This document shows, piece by piece, positions 9,809 through 21,250 of a DNA stretch of 64,000 nucleotides. Origin of the DNA: Pirellulales bacterium. GTDB lineage: Bacteria; Planctomycetota; Planctomycetia; Pirellulales; PALSA-1355. Numbering within the stretch: position 1 is the stretch's first letter; every line of letters begins with the position of its first letter. The stretch lies in the NCBI GenBank assembly GCA_963733035.1, contig CAVTBU010000007.1, forward strand, positions 480,001 to 544,000. Direction: 5' to 3'. The position numbers and the translations under genes were made by a program. Below the pieces are notes generated by a model. That model was not told the DNA's origin. It did no database searches and worked only from the letters and a program-made list of their open reading frames with translations.

Positions 9809-11053
9809 CTACTTCGCCGAGACGTCGTAACACCACAGGCTGCCCAGATCGCGGACGTAAAGCTTGCCGTCCGCCAGCACCGGGTAGGCCCAGGCTTTCG
9901 CTCGCCCCCGGTCGGGTTGGTCAGGAAGCGTGAAGCGGCCTTTCTCGCGATACTCGTCGGGCGTGATTTCGACCAGCGCCATTTCGCCCGTATCGCCTTT
10001 GACGTACAGCCTGCCGTCTACGGCCAACACCGAAGCGCTGCCCACGCTTCGATTCTGCCACTTCACGTCGCCGGTGGCGAATTCGACGCACATCAAGCTT
10101 TCGCCGTTCGTGCCATAGAGGTAACCGCCAACTTCGACCGAACCGCCGATGCTCGAGGGCATTTTGGGTTCGAAGTAAACCTGCTCGGCGTCAACCGTTT
10201 TGCCATCGACGTTCAACTTCACCAGGCCGCCGCCGCTGCGTCCGGCCGCGCTATAGACCAACTGATCGTTGGCCACCGGAGTGGGAATGTTGGCGGGGCT
10301 CCCCTGGGCCGTGCGGTCGTAGCGCCACAGCAACTTGCCGGTATCCGCATCGACTCCGACCAGGCCTTTGGCCAGGAATTGCACGTATTGCTTCAGCCCG
10401 CCGGAGTTCACGACGATGATCGACGCGTAACCGGCTTCGTCGGCCTCGGGCGTGGCACACTTCCAAATGGCCTCGCCGTTCTTCTTGTCGAGGGCCACGA
10501 TCGTGGCGTCGGCTCCGCCGGGGGTGACAACCAGCTTCTCACCGTCGACCAGTGGCGACTCGGCGTAGGCCCATTTGCCGGGCTTGCCGTCGAAATCGCT
10601 ACGGAGATTCTTGGTCCACTTGATGTCGCCGCTGTCGGTATCGAGGCAAGCCAAATCGCCGTCCGAACCGAGAACATACAGCACGTTGCCGTCAACGGTC
10701 GGCGTGCTTCGTGCGCCAGGATATTGCGGTCCCTGGTTCGGGCCAACCTTGCCGATCGTGGTGCTCCACACTTGTTTCGCGTCGGCCGCGTTCAGACATT
10801 GCACGTATTCGTTGTCCATTCCCTCGTTGCTGATCACAAACAGGCGATCGCCGACGACTGCCGGCGTGGAATAGCCGTCGCCGATGTCCTTTGCGTGCCA
10901 CACGAGCGGTGGCCCGTCCTTGGGCCATTCGGCCAGCAGACCGGTTTCAGCCGAAATGCCGTCGCGATGCGGACCGCGCCACTGCGGCCAATCGGCCCCG
11001 TATGCCGCCACGCAAACCAGCCCGACGACGACCGCCATCAATCGCGATTTCAT
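9809..11053 (-). CDS. PQQ-like beta-propeller repeat protein (BamB-like, planctomycete expanded family)
   Basis: Signal peptide, DWPQWRGP.RDG, GYSTP, STPTVDG, ALDKKNGE.IW, WAYPVLADGKLYVRD. Confidence 0.9.
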   Translation of the reverse strand: MKSRLMAVVVGLVCVAAYGADWPQWRGPHRDGISAETGLLAEWPKDGPPLVWHAKDIGDGYSTPAVVGDRLFVISNEGMDNEYVQCLNAADAKQVWSTTIGKVGPNQGPQYPGARSTPTVDGNVLYVLGSDGDLACLDTDSGDIKWTKNLRSDFDGKPGKWAYAESPLVDGEKLVVTPGGADATIVALDKKNGEAIWKCATPEADEAGYASIIVVNSGGLKQYVQFLAKGLVGVDADTGKLLWRYDRTAQGSPANIPTPVANDQLVYSAAGRSGGGLVKLNVDGKTVDAEQVYFEPKMPSSIGGSVEVGGYLYGTNGESLMCVEFATGDVKWQNRSVGSASVLAVDGRLYVKGDTGEMALVEITPDEYREKGRFTLPDQPDRGRAKAWAYPVLADGKLYVRDLGSLWCYDVSAK

Positions 11054-11194
11054 TTTGCATCTCCTAGGCAAAACCGGTGCTTCCAATGCGGTCTTTATAG
11101 GAGGAGACGCGAAAACACGCAACTATTTGGCAGGATGCGAGATGAAGACTCGCGCAAGCACGCGGCGCATTGGCTTTGCCGGTGGCGACTTCCG

Positions 11195-12574
11195 CTACGC
11201 AACCCACTGGTTGGTGAAGTACCGCCACAGCAGCGCGATCTGCAAACATGCCAGCAGCGCGAAGCCGATCGCCAGTCGGCTGATGCGCGGCCGTGCAAGC
11301 CATGCGGGAACTGGCCCCTGCCGGCAGGCATGCAACAGCGCCAGCAGCAACAGCGAGTGCACCACGAGGCAGTAGCGGAACATGCTTTGCATCATGATCG
11401 GAGAGACCCCCGCCGCATGCAGGAAAAACAACCCGGCCGCCGAAAGGTAGAACGGCAGCCGCTGAGGCAGCGTCTTATCGCCCTCCTTGGCACGCCGCAG
11501 TTCCCACCGCGTCATGACCAGCAAAAACACGACGGTCAACAGCACGCAAAAGCGGCTGAGGTCGTCCGGCCATTCCCAGTGCTCGTAAAACGGCGAGCCG
11601 AAGAACGAGTAGCTACTCGGCTTGAGCCACCAGATCCAATCGGCCGAAACGGCCGCCCCTTCCTGCTGCGTCCAAAAGTACATATCCCAGTAGCCGAACC
11701 GCCATTGGCAGTACGCGAAGAACGCCAGTCCGCCCAGGCTGGCAACCAGGCCTACCAGCGCAAGCCGTGCGAAGGTGCGGCGGTCGTCCCAGGCCCGCGT
11801 TCGGCAAGCGGCCAGCGAGCGACGTGTCAGTTGCCAGCCGTCCGCGGCGCGGCGGTGCACCATTGCCATCTGCGCCGCCGGTGAGAACTCGACCATGAGT
11901 TGCGCAATGAGCGGCACGAATGAAACCGGCAAACCCCCTAGCCGTGTCGCACTCATCATCGCTCCGTGCGGCAAGGCCCATCGCCAGCGTCCTTGCTTGT
12001 CGCCCAGCCAATAGAAGAAGCCCACCATTCCAAACAGGAACAATGATTCGGAGTACGCGACGACCAAATAATATCCGCCCGGGTGCAAGGCAACGGCCAG
12101 CGTGGCAAGGAGCGCCAGTTGTCTCGGAGTACGAAAACGGCGTAAGAAAAGGAGCCAATAAGTCCAAAAGCCCCAGGCCGCCAATTGCGCGGCCAGCACC
12201 AGGCTCCCTTTAATGGAGAGCCAATCGCCCGACAACCGCCTGAGCGTGTGCGCCAACAGCGGATAACCGGGAAAAAACGCCACGTTCGATTGTTCGAAGT
12301 CGATTGAAGCCGTGGGTGGGATCGTCGTTTGATAGCCGTCGCGCACGACCCTGGCATACAGATGTCCGTCCCACTGGCACAACGTCTGATATGCGTTTTC
12401 ACCCGGCACGCCTTGCCCGGCGGTGATCGTCACCAGGAGGACCACCGCTGTTTGCGCGAGCGTGATGGCGAGGCCTAAGGCCAGGGTTACTCCGATGGCC
12501 GACGACGTCACCGCCTCGCGACGTGTGTTGGGGATTCGCCAGCTCGATAGTTTGGCACCAGTCGAGGAGTTCAT
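11195..12574 (-). CDS. GT-C fold membrane glycosyltransferase (PIG-V/mannosyltransferase-like)
   Basis: WDG..Y..V...GY, AFFPGYPLL, YSESLFL, ATR..G motifs and many TM helices. Confidence 0.8.
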   Translation of the reverse strand: MNSSTGAKLSSWRIPNTRREAVTSSAIGVTLALGLAITLAQTAVVLLVTITAGQGVPGENAYQTLCQWDGHLYARVVRDGYQTTIPPTASIDFEQSNVAFFPGYPLLAHTLRRLSGDWLSIKGSLVLAAQLAAWGFWTYWLLFLRRFRTPRQLALLATLAVALHPGGYYLVVAYSESLFLFGMVGFFYWLGDKQGRWRWALPHGAMMSATRLGGLPVSFVPLIAQLMVEFSPAAQMAMVHRRAADGWQLTRRSLAACRTRAWDDRRTFARLALVGLVASLGGLAFFAYCQWRFGYWDMYFWTQQEGAAVSADWIWWLKPSSYSFFGSPFYEHWEWPDDLSRFCVLLTVVFLLVMTRWELRRAKEGDKTLPQRLPFYLSAAGLFFLHAAGVSPIMMQSMFRYCLVVHSLLLLALLHACRQGPVPAWLARPRISRLAIGFALLACLQIALLWRYFTNQWVA

Positions 12575-12594
12575 CGGGGCTCCTTGTTGTTCGA

Positions 12595-14040
12595 TCAGGC
12601 GTTCGTCGTGACCAGGCCCGCGTCAGTAATGACGCCTGACTCCTGGTACGACTCGTAATCGGTGTTGACGCCCCACAGGTTGTGTTCTCGGTGCTCGAGC
12701 AGATTTTCGGCTGCAAGCAAGCCCATCAGGATGCTGTGATCCTGGTTGTTGTATTTGAAGGCCCCGTATCGTCCGATTGCCGTGAGCCCCCGCACGGTGT
12801 CAAGATATTGGGTGATTCGCCGCACGTGCCGCTTATAACCGCGGGCATAAACGGGGTAGCAGCGACGAAGTCGCACGACGTGGCCGGCGGTCACCGGCGC
12901 GCCGGCGAGCAACCCGGTGGTCGTCATTTCAGTCGCACCGCGGCGGATCAATTCGTCGTCGGATTGCCGCCAAAGTTCCTCGCCGTCATTGCACCAGTAC
13001 TCGAGCGAGAGAATCGTGTCGGGCGACGAACCGTACAGCTCCGGCACCCAATTGCGGAAGTTCGTCACTCGGCCGGTCAGCAGTTCGGGGGAATGCACGT
13101 ATAGCCATTGATCGGGAAACAAGTCACGACCGTCGACGCGGAGATACACGAGGATCGTATTGCGAAACGTGAGTGAGTCCGCCGCACGCACGACTTCGTA
13201 CGGTACGTCGTCAAGACTCTTGACCATCAGGGTCAGTGGCATCGTTGAAACGACTTGGTCGAAGCGCAGGACATCGCCCAATCGCGTGACCAGGCCGCGA
13301 ACACGACCTCCTTCCTGGATGACACGCCGAATTGGGCGGTTGAGGTGCACGTTGCCCCCCAGTCCGCGCACGTAGTCGGCCATGCGGTCGTAGACCATGC
13401 CGGTGCCGGCATTGGGAAAGGCAAAGCGATCGACGAGCGTGCGATGTTTCGCCCATCCCAGACCAAGTGCGTTCTTCACTGCTTCGCCGAGCGAAAGCTT
13501 CTTGATTCGCTGGGCCGCAAAGTCGGCGTCGAGATCTTGGCAGCCAATCCCCCAGAGCTTTTCGCTGTAAGTCTTGAAGAAGACCTCGAACAGCCGTCGG
13601 CCGAACCGGCTCACGACCCAGTCTTCGAAGCTGGCGTCCTCGTTTTCATTGCCTTCGCCCTGCTGTTTAGCTCGGCACTGCTGCTTGACATAGCTGGCCA
13701 GGCATCCGGCGGCTTCGACGAGCCCCAGGTTTCGCAGGGCATTGCCGGCTGCCAATGGATAGTTGAAGAATCGCCCGCGGTAGTAGATCCGCGTCATGCG
13801 GTCGACCATCTGGTAGTCGCGGCCGACGATTTCGAGCCACAAACGGTTAACGCGAGCATCGCTCGAAAAGAAACGATGCGGGCCGAGATCGACTGTCTGA
13901 TCCCACAGCGTGAAACTGCGGGCCAGTCCGCCCACCGAGCCCGAAGCTTCGAACACCTCGACTTCGACGCCGGCCTTCGCCAGTTGGTAGGCGGCCGTCA
14001 GCCCCGCCGGCCCGGCCCCAATCACCGCCACACGCATCAT
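12595..14040 (-). CDS. FAD-dependent oxidoreductase (protoporphyrinogen oxidase / UDP-galactopyranose mutase-like)
   Basis: VIGAGPAGLTAA, VGGL, DLGPHRFFS, GRYG.FKYNNQDHS motifs. Confidence 0.85.
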   Translation of the reverse strand: MMRVAVIGAGPAGLTAAYQLAKAGVEVEVFEASGSVGGLARSFTLWDQTVDLGPHRFFSSDARVNRLWLEIVGRDYQMVDRMTRIYYRGRFFNYPLAAGNALRNLGLVEAAGCLASYVKQQCRAKQQGEGNENEDASFEDWVVSRFGRRLFEVFFKTYSEKLWGIGCQDLDADFAAQRIKKLSLGEAVKNALGLGWAKHRTLVDRFAFPNAGTGMVYDRMADYVRGLGGNVHLNRPIRRVIQEGGRVRGLVTRLGDVLRFDQVVSTMPLTLMVKSLDDVPYEVVRAADSLTFRNTILVYLRVDGRDLFPDQWLYVHSPELLTGRVTNFRNWVPELYGSSPDTILSLEYWCNDGEELWRQSDDELIRRGATEMTTTGLLAGAPVTAGHVVRLRRCYPVYARGYKRHVRRITQYLDTVRGLTAIGRYGAFKYNNQDHSILMGLLAAENLLEHREHNLWGVNTDYESYQESGVITDAGLVTTNA

Positions 14041-14185
14041 GCCTGGATCCTTCGCGAACGACCGCAAGACCTGCTCGCGGATTGTGCCAGTCGTATCGAA
14101 TGCGCGCACCGGGTGCGGGCGCAACGCTATAGATACTTAGGTCGCGAACCGAGATTTGGCAAAGCGTTCCAGCGCTAGGAATTGC

Positions 14186-14971
14186 TTATGCGCGCCGGCC
14201 GCCGGCAGTTCGACGCACTCTGAGCGCGCCCATCGCCAGGCCGGCCCCCACAGCTGCCATCCACATGGTTGTCTGGGGTTCCGGCACAATTGCCGTGGCT
14301 ACGATCAGGCCGGTCAAGCGGTAGTTGACTTCGATGCCGCCAAGCGCTGCGGGAGCGTCGGGCAAGTCAATCGAATAGGGCAGCGTCAGCATGAGCAGAT
14401 CGCCGACGAGGCTGAGGTGCCCGGTCGACGACTCCGTGATGTAGTCATCAAGATAGCCATTGTAACTACCTGAAGTAATTCCCGGAGCGTCCCAATTCAT
14501 CGTCGCGGTGGTGCGGAGAAACAAGCCGGCAACTTCGAACTCGCCTACTCCATCGACCGCCTGCGGACCGCCGGAAATATCCGTGACAAAGTCGTGTATT
14601 GAAGACGTGCCAACGACACCGGGAAAGATGGCGCCCAAATCGTAGATGCCGGCGAAGTCCGCCGGGCCACCGTCCGGTTGAAAGTCACCGGGGTGTTCCA
14701 TCGCATAAACGCTGCTCGTCGACGTGATCGCTAGTGTCGTTGGAACACTCCCTGCGAGTTCGATTTGAACGGCTAGCGTGCCGTCCAGGTGCGACGTCAA
14801 GGATCCGGGAGCTTGTTCGACGACCGGTACTACGCCACCAATAACTGCGTTCAGCGTGACTTGGCTTTGGCTCGCGTCGAGCGTAAAAACGGTGTTCACA
14901 GAACTGGCGTGGGCGGTGCTTACAAAACTGAGCGCCGCGGCAAAAATGACAACTCGCTTGGAGCCGTGCAT
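14186..14971 (-). CDS. PEP-CTERM sorting domain-containing secreted protein
   Basis: Signal peptide (AHA/SS); C-terminal VPEPQT + hydrophobic helix + Arg cluster. Confidence 0.8.
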   Translation of the reverse strand: MHGSKRVVIFAAALSFVSTAHASSVNTVFTLDASQSQVTLNAVIGGVVPVVEQAPGSLTSHLDGTLAVQIELAGSVPTTLAITSTSSVYAMEHPGDFQPDGGPADFAGIYDLGAIFPGVVGTSSIHDFVTDISGGPQAVDGVGEFEVAGLFLRTTATMNWDAPGITSGSYNGYLDDYITESSTGHLSLVGDLLMLTLPYSIDLPDAPAALGGIEVNYRLTGLIVATAIVPEPQTTMWMAAVGAGLAMGALRVRRTAGGRRA

Positions 14972-15201
14972 CGATGAGGACCTCTTCACAGGTGGAGCAA
15001 TTAGGTAGAGCTACTGAACGGGCGTCATGCATACTGACGGTCGATTTTCAATCGCACCGCTGCCACGCCTACGCAAGGCGTGTGACAAACTTCCAGTAGC
15101 GCCGCTCCGAATTGCATTGGATTGAAATGAAGAGGTAATCCTCAGGAATCAATAGAATAATCGCCCCTCAAGTGGGTAGTCAAGACGCCGGCAAGATACT
15201 A

Positions 15202-16618
15202 TCACGCCAGCAATTTCCGCACCACGTTGCCGTGGACGTCGGTGAGACGGAAGTCGCGGCCTTGAAAGCGATAGGTGAGCTTCGTGTGGTCGAAGCCCAA
15301 CAAATGCAGGAGCGTGGCATGCAGATCGTGAACGTGCACGCGATCGACCGTGGTGTTGAAGCCGTAGGGATCGGTTTCGCCCAGCGTGATGCCCGGCTTG
15401 ATGCCGCCACCCGCCATCCACATGGTGAAGGCGTTCGGGTGATGGTCGCGACCGTCGTTGCCCCCCTGCACCATCGGCGTGCGTCCAAACTCGCCTCCCC
15501 AGATCACGAGCGTTTCGTTCAGCAATCCCCGTTGCTTGAGATCTTTGATCAGAGCGGCCGAAGGCCTGTCGGTAAGTCCGGTCTGATCCTTGAGTCCCTT
15601 GGTCAAGCCGCCGTGATGGTCCCAGGCCTCGTGGAAAAGTTGCACGAACCGCACGCCCCGTTCGACGAGACGGCGGGCGAGCAAACAATTGGTGGCATAC
15701 GACGGTTTGCCAGGTTCGGCGCCGTACATCGCCAGCGTCTCTTGGGATTCCTGCGAGATGTCCATCAGGTCGGGCGCGCTGGTCTGCATCTTATAGGCCA
15801 GTTCGAAGGAGTTAATCCGGGTGGCGATTTCTGGATCGCCCACCACATCGAGCCGATCGGCGTTCAACTTCGCCAGGGCATCAAGCGAGTCTCGCTGCGC
15901 CTGTTGGTCGAAGCCGGGCGGGTTTGACAGAAACAGTACCGGATCTCCCTGACTGCGAAAGGGCACGCCCTGATAGACCGTCGGCAAAAATCCACAGCCC
16001 CAATTGCTCGCGCCGCCGCTCGTTCCCTTTTTCGCCGAGTTCAACACGACGAACCCCGGCAGGTCGCGCGATTCGCTCCCCAAACCATACGTCGTCCAGG
16101 CGCCAAAGCTTGGACGGCCGAACTGCTGCGAGCCGGTATTCATCATGATTTGGCCCGGCGCGTGGTTGAACGCATCGGTCACCAGCGACCGGACAATCGC
16201 CACATCATCCACCACTTCGGCCAGATGGGGCAACAATTCGGAAAGTTCCGCACCCGACTGGCCGTGCTTGGCAAATTTGAACTTGGGAGCGAGAAATGTC
16301 GACTGCGGATTGATGAAAGCCGCGCGATAGCCTTCGAGCAGCTCCGCCGGAGGCAACTTTCCGTCGAGCTTGACCAGCTCTGGTTTATAGTCAAACAGGT
16401 CGAGGTGGCTGGGCGCCGGCCTGAAACAAGAAAATGACGTGCTTCGCTTTGGGCGTGTGGTGTGGCTGTCTGGGAGCGAGCGGGTCGATCGGCGCCGGCG
16501 ATGCCGTGGAACTGCCGCCTAGCAAGGAACTCAAGGCGATCGATCCCAGTCCGACACCGCACTGCTCAAGGAACCAGCGGCGGGAAATCTGTCGCTGCAT
16601 GGATTCGCGTAGGTTCAT
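15202..16618 (-). CDS. DUF1501 domain protein (Tat-like SRRWFL leader), frameshift near 16410
   Basis: N-part [11 protein letters not shown] in one frame continues as [10 protein letters not shown] in another; [28 protein letters not shown] motifs. Confidence 0.9.
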
Positions 16619-16650
16619 GCTTGCACCGGCCTTTCCCGGAAATCGGAAAG

Positions 16651-19600
16651 TCATGGCTTCGTGATCGTTTCGTCCAGGTTCAACAGCACGCGTGCAACCA
16701 CGGTATACGCCGCCAGTTCCGTCGGTGTTGCTCCCGGCGGCAATTCGCCCGGCAATTCGTTTTTTCCAGTGGCAATCTCGCGTGGATTGAGCCACCCTTC
16801 GGCAATCCGCTGCCGCTGCTTGTTGAGCAGGTCGACCAGCGTCTGCAGTTCGGCGTTGCTGGGCGAACGGCTGACACACAAGCGGAACGCATGCTCGATT
16901 CGCTCCTCGTCGCCGGGTCCGGCTTCTGCCAGTGCGCGGCGGGCTAGCGTCCGGGCGCACTCGGTGAAGATCACCTCGTTGAGTGTCGTGAGCGCTTGCA
17001 GCGGCGTGTCCGATCGTTGTCGGCGAACACAAGAAAAGTCGGCGTTCGGCGTGTCGAAGTTCTGCAACATCGGATACGGCAAGGATCGTCGGCGGAACGT
17101 GTACAGTGCGCGGCGATAACGATCGGGTCCCGTCTCCTCGTTCCAGGTCAGCGGCGCGTAACTTAGCGCCAATAGGCTCTGCGGGATGGGTGCGAAAATG
17201 CTTTCGCCGCCGAGCTTCGGATTGAGCAGGCCGCTGGCGGCCAGCGCGACGTTGCGCACGATTTCACCTTCGACTCGAAACCGCGCCCGCGCCAGCAGCC
17301 GATTGTATGGATCGCGTTCGAAGAGATCGGGAGAAATGTTCGACGACTGCTGATACGCGGCTGAGTGGACGATCAGCCGGTGCATGGCTTTGATGCTCCA
17401 ACCACGGTCGACGAACTCGCAGGCCAGCCAATCAAGCAGCTGCGGATGGCTGGGCGGCTCGCTCTGCACGCCGAAGTCCTCGCTCGTGCTGACGATGCCC
17501 GTGCCAAAATAGGCTTGCCACATGCGATTGACGAACACACGGGCCGTGGTTGGACTTTTGGGATCGACCAGCCAGCGGGCCAGCGACAAACGCGTCGGCG
17601 GAGCATCCGCGGGCATGTCGTGCAAAACCTCAGGTACGCCCGCCGAAACAGCATCTCCTGGCTTCAGGAAATCACCCCGCTTGAGCATCCGCGTTTCGCG
17701 AAATTCGCCACGGCTGGCCAGCACCAGGCTTGTCGTTCCCTCGGGCCATTTCTGCCAAAGCCGATCAATTTGCTCGTTGGCTTCGTTCCACTCCGGCACG
17801 GTGGTGCGCCAGTAGCTGAAAACTTCGGCGATTTGAGCCGGCGTTCGCTCGGCGGCAGGTGTCGCTAGGATCTTGCGAACCTTCACCGGCACCGGATCGG
17901 CCTGGGCGTTTTCGGCGGAAGTGACCGACACGCGAATGCGTCCCACCAGGTTGTTCTGATGATCGTCGCTATTCCAGCCGCCATGATTTTGCACGAGGGA
18001 GATTGCCAAGGCCGCGCCCGAGTCAAACGCAATTGGTTTTTCGAAACGGAACACTGCCTTGCGCGGCTGATTGCGGCGACCGGGCCCCGCATCGATTCCC
18101 CAGGCGGTTTCGTCCTTGTTATCGATCGCATACGATACCGGACCGACCACGCGATTCTTGCCGGAGCGATCGTCAAACACAGGCTCGAGCGGTGATTCGC
18201 ATTGTCCGAAGTCGGCGGTCGCTTCGGCAATTTTGACTTCCGCCAGATCGCCGCCTGACGCCGGTCGGGCTTCGACCTTGATCTGCGTCAGCGCGGACGT
18301 GCCTTTGTACGACCGGCCGGGGCCGCCGCGTGGCAAGTTTGGGTCGGTGAGCAATTCCAATTGAATCGCGGTCACTTTTGTTAGCTCGGTTTTTCCATCC
18401 ACGCGGAAGGTGCAGTGCGTGGGAGCATACCCGCCGCACAGCATCGAACCATCGGACAACAATCGCAGCTTTGCGCCGCCGCCCACGTCGACATAGTTCT
18501 CAGGCGTCAGCACTTTCCACTCGGGCAGGCTGCTCGATACCTCCGCCTCCCATGACGCCATCCGCTCGCGCCAATCGGGCGTCGCTTCCTGTAGGCCGGT
18601 TTCGATTCGTCGCATCTCGGCCAACAGTTGCTGGCAGGTTGCGAGTTCTTCCGGTCGATAGACCGTGGGCTGCGCTTCGTGGTCGTTATTCAGATAGGCG
18701 AACAGCCGGTAATAATCTCGTTGCGTCAGCGGATCGAATTTATGGTCGTGGCACTGTGTGCACTGGATCGTGAGCCCCAACACGCACTTGCCCAAAGCGT
18801 CCATCCGATCGAACATCGCTTCCATGCGGAATTGTTCGGGATCGATGCCTCCTTCTTCGTTGAGCATTGAGTTACGCAGGAACCCGGTAGCCACGATCTG
18901 GTCCTGCGTGGCACCAGGAAGCTGGTCACCCGCAAGCTGTTCGACAAGGAAGCGGTCGTACGGTAAGTCGCGATTGAAAGCGGAGACGACCCAGTCGCGA
19001 TACATCCAGACGCTTCGTGACTTGTCTTTTTCAAAACCGTCGGAGTCGGCATACCTGGCCGCGTCGAGCCAATGCCGTCCCCATCGCTCGCCGTAGTGTG
19101 GCGAGGCGAGCAATCGCTCGACTTGATTTTCGTACGCGATTGGACTGCTGTCCGCCAAAAAAGCATCGACCTCGGAAATCGACGGCGGCAGCCCGACGAG
19201 ATCGAGACTCAGCCGGCGCAACAGCGTTACGCGGTCGGCCGGTGGCGACGGGCCGAGTCCCTCGGCTTCGAGCTTGGCCAGAATAAAACGGTCGATATCG
19301 TTCTGCGGCCAGGCGGTGTTCTTGACCGTCGGCGCGAGTGGTCGCATTGCGCGCGGAAAGCCCAGTGATCGCGGCGGCTGTCGACTTCCGCCGCTTTGCT
19401 TTCAGGCCACGCGGCCCCCTCGTCGATCCACCGCTTGATCAGTTCAATCTGTTCGACCGGCAGTGGATCGCGGTCGGCCGGCATGCGCGAAACCTGTTCG
19501 CTCGCGCCGGTGAGCACGTGGACAAGTAGACTCTCGGCACTCTTGCCCGGCACGATGGCATTGCCCAAATCGCCCCCTCTCAACGCTCCTTCGCGACGAT

Positions 19601-19751
19601 CGAGCCGCAGTCCGGCCTCCTGCTTCACGGGCCCGTGACACTCGTGGCAGTGTTTGAGCAGGAGTGGCTGGATTTCGCGTTCAAAATCGACCGGCGCGGC
19701 CGCCGCCGGGACTGCCACAGCCAACAGCAGTAATCCTAGGACAAGTCGCAT
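16651..19751 (-). CDS. Planctomycete cytochrome c + DUF1549/DUF1553 protein, frameshift near 19350
   Basis: [33 protein letters not shown] in one frame; [39 protein letters not shown] in the next. Confidence 0.9.
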
Positions 19752-20074
19752 GTCGAAAACTCGAGCGGTGGGCACAGAGGGAGGGAACCGCCAGGGTATG
19801 GATTCCATTGTAGTGTGAAAAGTGCGCTCTGAGTAGCAGGCGCTACCGGGCCAAGCCAGGCGCTCGGCGAGATCTAGAAAGTGAACCGGAAATCGGCCGA
19901 GCGTTGAGCTTTGCACACGAGCCGAGTCGATGTCGCGAGCGCGTCCCATCGATTTCCTTCCAATATCGCACATGAGCGTGCCTGTCGCGCGAATCTTGGA
20001 TGCACTCGGCCACGCATGCTAAAATTGTTGCACCTGCCTGGCTTCCACACCGCACACCCAAACGAAAGCTTGAC

Positions 20075-21244
20075 ATGATTTCTCGCGCATGCATCACCGC
20101 GGTTCTGTTTGTCTTTGCGGCTCATGCCTTCGCCGAACAGGCGCCCAATACGCTCACCGAGCAGGAACTCAACGACGGCTGGATCCTGCTGTTCGACGGC
20201 GAAACAACCTTCGGCTGGAAGGCCAACAGCGACGCCAATTGGAAAGTGGCGGATGGCGTGATCTCGGTCGATTCGGGCGACAAGGGATTATTGAACACCA
20301 CGTCGCTGTTTGGAGACTTTGTCTTGAAAGTCGATTTTCGCGCACCGCAGGGGACCAACAGTGGTGTCTTTCTGCGCACGCCCGTCCAACCGAAAAACCC
20401 GGCCACGGACTGCTACGAACTGAACATCGCTGATGACAACGTCAGCCCTTTCCCCACCGGAAGTTTCGTAAATCGCGAGAAAGCGACCGGCACGCATGAT
20501 ACGACGACGTGGCGAACCTTCACGGTGAAGGCCGAGGCGGGACACTTCACCGTGGACGTCGACAATGAGCAAGTGCTCGACTACATCGACCCCGCTCCCC
20601 TGGGCCGCGGCTACATCGGCCTGCAGTTCAACCAGGGACGCGTCGAGTTTCGCAACGTCAAGCTCAAGCCACTTGGCCTGGTGCCGATTTTCAATGGTAA
20701 GGACTTGGCCGGCTGGAAGGTGTTTCCGGACAAGAAAAGCGTCTTCTCGGTCACGCCCGAGGGCTGGCTGAATGTGAAGAACGGCAATGGCCAGATTGAA
20801 TACCAACAGCCGGTAGCTGACTTCGTGCTCCAGACCGACGTGTTTTCCAACGGCGTGTTTCTTAACTCGGGAATCTTCTTCCGCAACATCCCCGGCCAGT
20901 TCTGGCAGGGCTACGAGAGCCAAATCCAAAACGGCTACTTCGGCGACCGCACGAAACCCATCGACTACGGTACTGGGGCGTTCTACCGGCGACAAAAGGC
21001 GCGTAAGGTCGTGAGCGACGATTTCAAATGGTTTCACAAGACGCTCGTTGTCGCAGGCGACCATATGGCTACCTGGGTCAACGGCTACCAGGTGAGCGAC
21101 TGGACCGATACCCGCGATCCGAACGAAAACGCCCGCAACGGCCTGCGTCTGGAAGCCGGCACGATCGCCATCCAAGGCCACGACCCAAAGACGGACCTGT
21201 CGTTTCGGAACATCCAACTCGGTGAATTGCCGCCGCGGGAGTGA
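20075..21244 (+). CDS. Tandem DUF1080 (3-keto-disaccharide hydrolase-like) secreted protein
   Basis: Two repeats of LF(D/N)G....GW, NSG(V/I)F.R, YE..I, G.I..Q, FRN; signal peptide. Confidence 0.9.
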   Translation: MISRACITAVLFVFAAHAFAEQAPNTLTEQELNDGWILLFDGETTFGWKANSDANWKVADGVISVDSGDKGLLNTTSLFGDFVLKVDFRAPQGTNSGVFLRTPVQPKNPATDCYELNIADDNVSPFPTGSFVNREKATGTHDTTTWRTFTVKAEAGHFTVDVDNEQVLDYIDPAPLGRGYIGLQFNQGRVEFRNVKLKPLGLVPIFNGKDLAGWKVFPDKKSVFSVTPEGWLNVKNGNGQIEYQQPVADFVLQTDVFSNGVFLNSGIFFRNIPGQFWQGYESQIQNGYFGDRTKPIDYGTGAFYRRQKARKVVSDDFKWFHKTLVVAGDHMATWVNGYQVSDWTDTRDPNENARNGLRLEAGTIAIQGHDPKTDLSFRNIQLGELPPRE

Positions 21245-21250
21245 GGGCGA

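Noticed and set aside
8960..11884. 974-aa ORF on the + strand
   Set aside because: Antisense shadow of three well-supported minus-strand genes; Arg/His/Gln-rich with no motifs; starts inside the non-coding repeat
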